Under the pieces are notes generated by a model. It was not told where the DNA came from. It ran no database searches and worked only from the letters and a program-made list of their open reading frames with translations. This document shows positions 32,087-41,631 of a DNA stretch of 64,000 bases, piece after piece (within the stretch, counting starts at the first letter, position 1; each line of letters opens with the position of its first letter). Source of the stretch: Synechococcus sp. UW140. Its GTDB lineage: Bacteria > Cyanobacteriota > Cyanobacteriia > PCC-6307 > Cyanobiaceae. The DNA lies in contig CALRVC020000006.1 in the NCBI GenBank assembly GCA_943371515.1, positions 50,435 to 114,434 of the forward strand, read 5' to 3'. The position numbers and the translations under genes were made by a program.

Positions 32087-33390
32087 TGAGCAGCACCTCC
32101 AGCATCGCTGTCATCGGCGGCGGCCCGATGGGTCTGGCCGTGGCCTACGAGCTCTGCCTCCAGGGCTTCCGGCCCGTGTTGCTCGAAGCCGACGACCGGC
32201 TCGGCGGCATGGCGGCCAGCTTCGATTTCGCCGGTGTTGAGCTGGAGCGTTATTACCACTTCCACTGCCTCAGTGACCGGGCCTTCTTCCAGCTGCTACA
32301 GGAACTGAACCTTCAGGATTCCCTGCGCTGGGAGCAGACCCGGATGGGATTCTTCCTCGATGGGCGTCTCTATCCGTGGGGTTCGGCCGGGGCCGTACTC
32401 GGTTTCAGGCGGTTGCCGCTTTCAACGCGCCTGCGCTATCTACTCCATGCTGCGCGTTGTCTCACGATCCGCGACTGGCGCCACCTCGATGGCCTGTCGG
32501 CGACGTCATGGCTGAAACGCTGGCTAGGCGAACAGGGATATCATGTGCTGTGGGGAAAACTCTTCGCCTACAAGTTCTATCACCACACTGATTCGCTCTC
32601 GGCCGCCTGGATCTGGAGCCGGATCCGCCGTGTCGGCCAGTCACGCCGGGGGCTGAAGGAAACCCTAGGCTATCTGGACGGTGGATCGAAGCGTTGGATC
32701 GAGGCCCTTGCCAACGAGATCCGCCGGCAGGGTGGCACGATCCGCCTCAACAACCCCGTGGGACAGCTGGGTGGCAGTGCTGAGGCTGGAGGCGTCGAGC
32801 TCTCCACACCAGCGGGAATGGAGCGCTTCGATGCTGTCATCTCCACGGTGCCGCTGCCACTGGTGGCTCCGATGCTCACGACCGGCGGCGTTGATGCGGC
32901 ACTGGTGCAGCCATTCGAAGCGCAACTCTCTGTGGCCTGCGCCTGCGTGGTGATCCAGACCAGACAGCCGATCACCCAGAATTTTTGGACCAACGTCAAT
33001 GACGAGCGATTCCGGATCCCCGGCATTATCGAAATGTCGAACCTGCAGCCGCTCCAACCCCACATCACCTACGTACCCTTCTATATGCCGGCCGACCATC
33101 CCGACTACGGCCGTCCGAACGAAGCCTTCATCAACGATTCGATCGCTTGCCTGAAGGCGATCAACCCGTCTCTCCAGGACGAGGACTTCCTGGCCTGCCA
33201 CTGCAGCCGTTATCGCCATGCCCAGCCGGTGTGCGGCGTTCACTTCCTGCGCACCCTGCCGCCGCTGCAGCCCCTGCCGAACCTCTGGATTGCCGACACC
33301 ACCGTGTACTACCCGGAGGACCGGGGCATCTCAGAGAGTGTTCAGTTCGGTCGAGAACTGGCGCGTAAGATCGCCGACAGCCTGAGATGA
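32086..33390 (+). CDS. FAD-dependent oxidoreductase (HemY/amine-oxidase fold)
   Basis: IGGGPMG, EADDRLGGMA, ERYYH, LGYLDGG, YYPEDRG. Confidence 0.85.
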   Translation: MSSTSSIAVIGGGPMGLAVAYELCLQGFRPVLLEADDRLGGMAASFDFAGVELERYYHFHCLSDRAFFQLLQELNLQDSLRWEQTRMGFFLDGRLYPWGSAGAVLGFRRLPLSTRLRYLLHAARCLTIRDWRHLDGLSATSWLKRWLGEQGYHVLWGKLFAYKFYHHTDSLSAAWIWSRIRRVGQSRRGLKETLGYLDGGSKRWIEALANEIRRQGGTIRLNNPVGQLGGSAEAGGVELSTPAGMERFDAVISTVPLPLVAPMLTTGGVDAALVQPFEAQLSVACACVVIQTRQPITQNFWTNVNDERFRIPGIIEMSNLQPLQPHITYVPFYMPADHPDYGRPNEAFINDSIACLKAINPSLQDEDFLACHCSRYRHAQPVCGVHFLRTLPPLQPLPNLWIADTTVYYPEDRGISESVQFGRELARKIADSLR

Positions 33391-33800
33391 CCGCCACCGG
33401 GAATCAACGTCGGCAATTCACGGCATTCGTACTCACCGGGGGACTGGCCGCCATGGTGAACGTGGTGAGCCGGGTCGGATTCTCCACAGTCGTGCACTTC
33501 GATCTGGCGGTTCTGCTCGCCTACGGATGCGGCATGCTCACGGCCTATCTCCTGGCTAGGAAGTTCGTGTTCATGAGCAGCCGCGTCAGCGTACGTCGAT
33601 CCTTCGCTGCCTTCTGCCTCGTGAATGCCTTCGCAGTGCTGCAGACCTGGGCGGTGAGCCTTGGGATGCGCAACTGGGTACTGCCGCTGCTCGGCATCGT
33701 GCTGTTCCGCGATCTGATCGCCCACACCATCGGCGTCGCCGTGCCGGTGGTCAGCAGCTATTTCGGGCACAAGCATATTTCCTTCCGTGATCACACCTGA
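33387..33800 (+). CDS. GtrA family polyprenyl-P-sugar translocase
   Basis: FVLTGGLAA..N, AY..AR.FVF, F..VN, SYFGHK..SF; 137 aa with 4 TM segments. Confidence 0.88.
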   Translation: MTATGNQRRQFTAFVLTGGLAAMVNVVSRVGFSTVVHFDLAVLLAYGCGMLTAYLLARKFVFMSSRVSVRRSFAAFCLVNAFAVLQTWAVSLGMRNWVLPLLGIVLFRDLIAHTIGVAVPVVSSYFGHKHISFRDHT

Positions 33801-35361
33801 CGACAAACTTCCGGTGGTGGCCGCCTTCGATTTTGACGGCACCCTCATCCGTGGCGACTGCCTGCTGATGCTGCACCGCCAGCTCAAGGGAGTCGGAGGC
33901 ATGGCGCTCGACTGGTTGCGCCTGATCAGGCCATTCCTCGCCTGGTCCAGGGGCCGTCTGAGCACAGCCGGCTTCAAGGAGCGCTATCTGTGCGTAGTGC
34001 TCCTGGACATGACACGGGAGACCCTCTCCATCGCGTTGAGCCATGCGCTGCCGGCCGTGGAGTGGCGCGCCCTGCGGCCTGGAGCCCTCGCCCGCCTGCG
34101 CTGGCATCAGACCCAGGGCCATCGTGTGGTGATCATCTCTGCTTCGCCCCGTCCCCTGATCGCTCCACTCGCTGATCGACTGGGGGTGGACCTGCTGGCC
34201 ACCGAGATCAGCGATCCTCTGGAGCATGGGCCGTCCACTCCCCTGCGGCTCACCTCGGCCAACTGCAAAGGAGCCGAGAAGGTCCAACGACTCAAGGACT
34301 GGCTTGATCTGCCCCTGGAGGAGATCAGCCTGTATGCCTACGGCGACAGCCGCGGGGACCGCCAGCTGTTGGAGGTGAGCACGGCGCCCCACTGGCGCAG
34401 CTTCGGCCCGGAACCGCGGCCCTACCCAGGCAGGAGGGCGACAGCGGGACCACCGGGTGGCTGGATCCCGCTGGCGGCGCTCATTCTGCTGAGCCTGGCC
34501 TTGTTCGGGCTGGCAGGCCTGAGCCCGGCGGAGCGACTCGGCCTCCAGGAGAGCCTGGGCCGTGTGCTGGCCTGGCTGCCGGCCATCTACGTGATCCTGG
34601 GATTGGCCTACTTGGGGCGTTACTGGCGCTGGCGACTGCTATTGAGCTCCGCCGACATCGGCCGCTGGAGCTGGCGCGATGCCGGAGCCTGGTTCGTGGG
34701 CTTCGCCCTCACCGCCACCCCCGGCAAACTCGGTGAGCTGAGCAGGGTGCAGCAGCTGCACCGGGAACTTGGCTATTCGCGCGCAGCGCTGGTGCATGTT
34801 TTCGTGGCGGAAAGGCTCTGCGATGGCGTGGCCGTGCTGCTGTGGCTGGCACTGCTGGCGCCCTCCGTCCTTCGGGCTGGCCTTGGGCGACTCCAACCGC
34901 CCGCGATCGGCCTGATGCTGCTGATGGGAGCCGCAGTCCTCGTTGCCATTGTCTGGATCTGGAGACGGTGGGGAGCGCCCTGGCGCCACCGTCTTCCCAG
35001 CGGTGCCCTGGGCAGGGCCTGCCTGCCTGCCAGCATCGTGAGTATGGGGATCTGGGCCTGTGAATCGCTGATTCTCTGGCTTCTGGTTCGGGTGGTCAGC
35101 CCCGCTCACCCGGTGCAGATCCAGGCGGCGATCAGCACTTACCTGCTTTCAGGATCACTCGGGATGCTCTCCACCCTCCCGGGCGGGGTGGGCGTCAACG
35201 AGGGAGCCACGATCGTGCTGCTGGCTCGCCTGGGTGTTCCAACCTCCGCAGGACTCGCCATCGCCATCCTGCGGCGCCTCTGCACGGTGTGGAGTGTGAC
35301 CGGACTGGCCGTGATGCTTGGCTGGTGGCGAGAGAGCCGAGAAGGCCTGAAACGGGCCTGA
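33787..35361 (+). CDS. HAD-IB phosphatase fused to lysylphosphatidylglycerol-synthase-TM (UPF0104 flippase-like) domain
   Basis: DFDGT, ISAS, NCKGAEK and YGDSRGD HAD motifs; C-terminal RYWRW, TPGKLGE, ERLCD and PGGVGVNEG motifs. Confidence 0.82.
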   Translation: MITPDDKLPVVAAFDFDGTLIRGDCLLMLHRQLKGVGGMALDWLRLIRPFLAWSRGRLSTAGFKERYLCVVLLDMTRETLSIALSHALPAVEWRALRPGALARLRWHQTQGHRVVIISASPRPLIAPLADRLGVDLLATEISDPLEHGPSTPLRLTSANCKGAEKVQRLKDWLDLPLEEISLYAYGDSRGDRQLLEVSTAPHWRSFGPEPRPYPGRRATAGPPGGWIPLAALILLSLALFGLAGLSPAERLGLQESLGRVLAWLPAIYVILGLAYLGRYWRWRLLLSSADIGRWSWRDAGAWFVGFALTATPGKLGELSRVQQLHRELGYSRAALVHVFVAERLCDGVAVLLWLALLAPSVLRAGLGRLQPPAIGLMLLMGAAVLVAIVWIWRRWGAPWRHRLPSGALGRACLPASIVSMGIWACESLILWLLVRVVSPAHPVQIQAAISTYLLSGSLGMLSTLPGGVGVNEGATIVLLARLGVPTSAGLAIAILRRLCTVWSVTGLAVMLGWWRESREGLKRA

Positions 35362-35440
35362 CAGAAATACTTTGGCCTCCAGAGCAGCAGCCTGCCACGC
35401 AGAAGCCAAGCCGCCAAGTCGTGGTGAAAAAGTCAGCGCG

Positions 35441-35542
35441 TCGGTGCCGCCGGAGCAATTGCTGCTGCAGCAACTCCACAACAATCTGCTGTTCCGTTAG
35501 TTTGTGGATCTGCACCCAGATGATCCGATCTGGCACCCGACC
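35441..35542 (+). pseudogene. IS5-family transposase fragment
   Basis: In-frame SVPPEQLLL-QQLHNNLLFR*FVDLHPDDPIWHPT resembles the IS5 segment PEQLL...EQL.YNLLFRWFVG..DD..W; TAG at 35498 replaces Trp. Confidence 0.75.
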
Positions 35543-35943
35543 AAGGATGGCCTACGGCCGGCCCCGGGTTCAGAAAACGAATCAGTACACACGTACGCCC
35601 TCGCGCCCGAAACACCTACGGCCAAGCCAGAGTACCCTTGCCACTCTGGTCATGAGGACATCGGGCCATGGCCGATGACATCTTTGGAGGCCTGACCCCG
35701 AAAGGAAACGTGGCCTGGGATTTGAATTGCGCTCAAAGATCCTGAGGCTGCTCCACCTCTTTATTGTGTTCTTTTTTTCCTGTCTTTGCAGGCTTGTCCG
35801 GCTCCATATCTCACCAGGGAAGGCCTGGACAATTACCGACGAAAGATGGAAGGATTGGCCAGTCACCGCATAGACGTGGCCATAGCCTCCGTAAGCCCTC
35901 CTCAGATGCCCGTTGCGGCGCGATGTGGCATCGGTTGTTTTTC

Positions 35944-36015
35944 ATGAGTCCCTACTGCCGTGAGCGGGGCTTGTCTCCCGAGCAGGTGGATCGCTGGCGA
36001 GCAGCGTCCCAGTAA
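35944..36015 (+). mobile_element. IS3-family OrfA fragment
   Basis: YCRERGLSPEQVDRWR resembles the YCRERGL.PEQ..RW helix of IS3 OrfA. Confidence 0.65.
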
Positions 36016-36212
36016 GTGCTTCTCGGGAGGCGAACCGTCAGATATCAGCTGTGGCCATGGGTGGGCCGGTCTGTGACCCTGTTTGGAGCACAACCACCAA
36101 ACCGAACACAGACCATGACCCTGTGCCCCGTGTCAATCAGGTTGAGGTCCGCGCCCTGAAATCAGGCTCCAGCTCAGCTCCCTTCCACGACTGGCATTCA
36201 GAGGCAGTCGGT

Positions 36213-37373
36213 TCAGCGGGTCGGGGTACCGACAACATCCGTGGCTTGTTGACGCAGGGAGCTCACCACGCCACTGCGCTTGAGTTCGCTGATCGCCAGA
36301 TCGATCCGTTGAGCAGTGGCCTCAGGCAACCCAGGGGCAAAGACAAACGCCTGGGATTCAGGCCGAATGCCCTGCAGGGCCAGGCTGGGCAGGAAGCCTT
36401 TCAACGGAGAATGGATCAAAAGATAGCTCAGCTGCAGGTTGTCGCCCAGCAACGCATCGATTCGCCTGGAGACCAGAAGATCGACCCCCGAACGAATGCT
36501 GGCAAGGGGCAGGATCGAGACCTTCGGGCCCATGGTGGCGGCGTTGAGTTCCTGCAGCAACGCTTCGCTCACAGTGCCGCTGCGCACTCCCACCCGCAGA
36601 CCGAGCAGATCTGACTCAGAACGGATCCCTCCGCTGGCCGTGCCCTGCACCTCCCGTGCCACATTCACGGTGAGATAGCCCACCAGCAGGGAGGCTGAGA
36701 CGATCCTCACCATGTAGGCCATCAACACGATGGCATTCCCCCTGGTGGTGGCCACGAGGGTGTTGCTGCCTGGCCCGGTCGCGAGCACCTGGAACACTTT
36801 GCTGAAGCTGCGAACGCGCCCTTGGCTGAGGGTCTGGGGCAGCTGGGGGTAGCGCTCCACGGTCCAGGTCAGCAGGGACAGAAGCGCGATCGCCAGCAGG
36901 TAGCCGCCCAGCAGCTGCAGCAGCGTGGGCGTCAGCAGCGCAGCCAGGAATGAGCGGCCTAAATCAAGTCGGCTCTGCACCACCATCACCGCGAGCCCAT
37001 CCTCCTGGAAGGGAAGACTGAAGCGGTAACGCTCCAGCCGATCAGGCGACACGTTGAGGCAGCCCACCGCCAGATCCAGCCTGCCGTCGCGGGTGCCCTC
37101 CAACATCTCCTGGACCGAGGGCATCTCCGAAACCACGTAAGGAAGACGCTCGCGCGTGGCAATCCGGTTCCATAGATCGATGGATAGCCCCCGCCAGGCA
37201 CCTGCGTCCCGGTAGCTGCACGGAGGCGCCCCATCCACCACTCCCACCCGCAACACTGGCGCCGACGTTCCGGCAGAAACCGGGAACCCCACTGCCAGTA
37301 GCAGGGCGTAGCCCGAGCCCACCAGCACACCTCTGATGCGGACGTCAATGCTGAAAGCTCTGCTTCGTGCCAT
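36213..37373 (-). CDS. GluR0-like ligand-gated channel / PBP type 2 protein with internal TM segments
   Basis: Signal peptide; S1 lobe (LRVGV..PP, GLSIDLW, DLAVG..VSPDR..FSLPF); two TM helices with a re-entrant segment; S2 lobe (DL.GLRVGV, DALLGD). Confidence 0.75.
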   Translation of the reverse strand: MARSRAFSIDVRIRGVLVGSGYALLLAVGFPVSAGTSAPVLRVGVVDGAPPCSYRDAGAWRGLSIDLWNRIATRERLPYVVSEMPSVQEMLEGTRDGRLDLAVGCLNVSPDRLERYRFSLPFQEDGLAVMVVQSRLDLGRSFLAALLTPTLLQLLGGYLLAIALLSLLTWTVERYPQLPQTLSQGRVRSFSKVFQVLATGPGSNTLVATTRGNAIVLMAYMVRIVSASLLVGYLTVNVAREVQGTASGGIRSESDLLGLRVGVRSGTVSEALLQELNAATMGPKVSILPLASIRSGVDLLVSRRIDALLGDNLQLSYLLIHSPLKGFLPSLALQGIRPESQAFVFAPGLPEATAQRIDLAISELKRSGVVSSLRQQATDVVGTPTR

Positions 37374-37888
37374 GGGGTCATTCTGGCGGGGCCTAAAGGA
37401 TCGTCCCGATCCCAATCAGGGAAAGCATGCCCTGCAAGAGAGGGACCTTGGAGCAAGCCGGCTCCCCTCATTAAAAGTTTTGCCGATCACTTCATGGCAC
37501 CATGAACAGTCTATCCCCCTGCTTGATCGAGTGTCGCTCTAAAAAGTAGAACAATAGTTCTCGACTCCAGAGTTTCGAAATAGCAGCTTTTCACGGCGCC
37601 CATTAGTCTCAGTGCAGAGCTCCCTTGGGCGACAGTCCCGGCATGCAAAGCACCGCCCAGTATCACCTGAGGGGATCGAGGCGATCGACCAGGTCGTGGT
37701 GATAGATCTGGTTCGGGCGGATCCCATGCAGGGAGATCACCCGCTCGGGTGTGGTCAGAAAATAGAGCGCACCGCCTGGGATCGCCGCTGTCAGGAAACT
37801 CTCGGCCATCTGGCCGCAGGTGTGATCGGGAGCCAGGCCCACCCAGGCGATCACCTGCTGGGCCGTAGGGACGCGCCGTGCGCCCAAA

Positions 37889-39449
<1,561 letters not shown>

Positions 39450-39485
39450 ACTGCATCAAACTAGCAAGGCTGGACCGAATGGGGT

Positions 39486-40121
39486 TCAGGCCTGAAGACC
39501 GTTCAGGGCTGCCGCCACCACCCGGTGGTCCGCGTCCTGCTGCAGGCCGCGGAGCAACTCGCGCGCAACCTCCACCGCCTGGCCGGGGGGCTGGCTGCTG
39601 GGAGCAACCTCACGCACCACCCGGCTGAGAATCTCCGCGCCCCCTACCCTGACGCTGCCGTCGGCAACAGCCACGGCCATACGCGCCAGCTCCAGCAACA
39701 CCTGGGGGTCGATCTGCGGTTGCTCCGCCAGGGCCGAGAGGATGCTGCAGCGCACCAACCACTGGTCGTCCCGTTGGAACGACTCCCGCAGCAAGGGCCA
39801 GGCCCGCTCCAACCCGTAATTGGCCAGGGCGTTGGCGGCTTCGGCCCGCACGTTGGCATCCTCGTCACCCTGGAGCGCCTCCACCAGGGCCGACCAGCCA
39901 GCTTCATTGCGCTTCACCCCCAGACCCGCGCAGCTGATGGAGCGCACGATGAAGGGCTCCTGCTCCAGACCCAGCAGCAACAGGGGAACGGCCTGTTCGG
40001 CCTCCAACTTGCGCAATCCCACCAGGGCCGGCAGAGCCTGAGCAGGGTCGTCCGAGACAATCGCCTGGCGAATCGCCTCAGGGTCAAAGTCGGCTGGTGA
40101 TGACGTTTCCGTGCCGTCCAT
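39486..40121 (-). CDS. HEAT/PBS-lyase-like repeat protein
   Basis: Repeated D..VR..AA.AL units (ANVRAEAANAL, WLVRCSILSAL, HRVVAAAL). Confidence 0.8.
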   Translation of the reverse strand: MDGTETSSPADFDPEAIRQAIVSDDPAQALPALVGLRKLEAEQAVPLLLLGLEQEPFIVRSISCAGLGVKRNEAGWSALVEALQGDEDANVRAEAANALANYGLERAWPLLRESFQRDDQWLVRCSILSALAEQPQIDPQVLLELARMAVAVADGSVRVGGAEILSRVVREVAPSSQPPGQAVEVARELLRGLQQDADHRVVAAALNGLQA

Positions 40122-40144
40122 GGGAGGTGGCTGGTGGAGGAGTT

Positions 40145-40411
40145 TCACCCTGCCACGTTGCTGCCCTGGCCATCACCAGACCCGCTCGCCGGTGGGGGAG
40201 CAGCCAGGCGCAGGGCCTCCAACAGAATCCGCCGCCTCTGGGCCCGGCGCAGGCCACTGCTCACCAGCAGGCCGGTGCCGATGACCAGGGCCGGCACCGC
40301 CTCAAGCCGCTGGGTGCCTCGGCGGGAGGCCATGCTCACCAGCGCCAGCAGAATCAGCAGAGGGGCCGAAAGGGCCAGCACCATCCTCAGGGCAGGACGG
40401 AAGCGGCTCAA
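40145..40411 (-). CDS. Small membrane protein (DUF3188-like)
   Basis: Two TM segments, LSAPLLILLAL...AVPALVIGTGL. Confidence 0.65.
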   Translation of the reverse strand: MSRFRPALRMVLALSAPLLILLALVSMASRRGTQRLEAVPALVIGTGLLVSSGLRRAQRRRILLEALRLAAPPPASGSGDGQGSNVAG

Positions 40412-41631
40412 GCCTGGCGCTCCATCCAGAGCAGCAGGCTGAGGGTGAGCACCTCGACCCCCACCGCCAAGGAGCCTTCATCGGGGTTGAAGCCGCCGTT
40501 GTGGAGAGCGGCACAACCATCGGCTCCAGCCACCCCCAGACGGAACATCGTTCCCGGCGCCACCGAGAGCAGTTGGGCGAAATCTTCCGCCCCCAGAGAC
40601 GGTTGATCCAGGCGCAGCACCTGCGGGCGGCCCAACAGGGCCTGGGCGGCCTCCTCGACCAGATCGGTGAGGGCGGGGTCGTTGTGCACCGGGGGCGAAA
40701 TGCAGCGGTAGCGCACCCGGGCCTCGCCGCCATACCCCCGGCAGATGGAGTGGACGGTGTCCTCGATCCAGCCCGGCAGCTCGGCATGCACGGTGGTGTC
40801 CAGACAGCGGACGGTGCCCAGCAGACGCACGTGGTCGGCGATCACGTTGAACGCCTTGCCCCCCTCGATCCGCCCGAAGCTCACCACCACCGGGTGCAGG
40901 GCATCGAGCCGACGGCTGATCGCCTCCTGCAGGCCGCTCACCACCCGGGCCGCGATCCAGATCGCATCGGTCGACTGGTGGGGCCGGGCCCCATGGCCCC
41001 CTTCCCCCAGCACCTCCACCTCAAGCTCACCCGCGGCGGCGGTGAGGCTGCCGCTGCGCACCCCGATCGTTCCCACCGTCAGGCTGGGGAACACATGCAG
41101 CCCGAACAGGGCCTGAACGCCCTCCATGGCGCCATCGGCCAGCATCCAGGCCGCCCCCTGAGCCGTTTCCTCCGCCGGTTGGAACAGCAGCCGCACCCGG
41201 GCGCTCAGCTGGCCGGCCAGAGGAGCGAGCAGTCGCGCCACACCGAGTCCCACGGCGGTATGGAGATCGTGCCCGCAGGCATGCATCAAACCCTGCTGGC
41301 TGGAGGCGAAAGCCAGGCCGGTGCGCTCCTCCACCGGCAAGGCATCCATGTCGACCCGCACGGCCAGCAGCGGAGCTCCCTCCGGCCCCAGCTCACCCAC
41401 CACACCGGTGCGGCCGACCCCTTCGCGCACCTGCCAACCGAGCAGGCGCAACTCACCGGCCACCAGGGCCGCCGTCTGGTGTTCGGCTCCGCTCAGCTCG
41501 GGGTGGGCATGGACATGGCGGCGCAGACCGATCAGCTCGGGCGTGGCCTGCTCCAGAGCCCTGGCCAGATCCAGCCGCCGCCACAGATCCGCCGCGGTGC
41601 CGCTGGAACGGGGTGGGGCGGCAGAACTCAT
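40408..41631 (-). CDS. M20 family amidohydrolase
   Basis: HAHPELSGAE, RVDMDALP, MHACGHD, FQPAEE and AEDF motifs. Confidence 0.93.
   Translation of the reverse strand: MSSAAPPRSSGTAADLWRRLDLARALEQATPELIGLRRHVHAHPELSGAEHQTAALVAGELRLLGWQVREGVGRTGVVGELGPEGAPLLAVRVDMDALPVEERTGLAFASSQQGLMHACGHDLHTAVGLGVARLLAPLAGQLSARVRLLFQPAEETAQGAAWMLADGAMEGVQALFGLHVFPSLTVGTIGVRSGSLTAAAGELEVEVLGEGGHGARPHQSTDAIWIAARVVSGLQEAISRRLDALHPVVVSFGRIEGGKAFNVIADHVRLLGTVRCLDTTVHAELPGWIEDTVHSICRGYGGEARVRYRCISPPVHNDPALTDLVEEAAQALLGRPQVLRLDQPSLGAEDFAQLLSVAPGTMFRLGVAGADGCAALHNGGFNPDEGSLAVGVEVLTLSLLLWMERQA

Larger units (their letters stand above)
23076..37888. other. Accessory surface-glycosylation island between tkt and thiC
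   Basis: Non-core glycan genes and IS scars; lower GC (27061-27120 has 26/60 G+C versus 44/60 at core 12121-12180). Confidence 0.82.

Noticed and set aside
36041-36056. 15/16 match to the thiC leader (GAT(A/T)TCAGCTGTGGCC, minus strand 39345-39360)
   Set aside because: A single short near-match is expected by chance in 64 kb of high-GC DNA, with no further extension.
37539-37727. CRDCRPRELCT resembling the Cys-rich C-terminal motif of IS1182/IS4 transposases
   Set aside because: Only a short Cys pattern with no DDE context; insufficient to call.
37840-37887. IS110-like motif in the small ORF after thiC
   Set aside because: Similarity is limited to about 12 residues and the following sequence does not match the expected SSG.K pattern.
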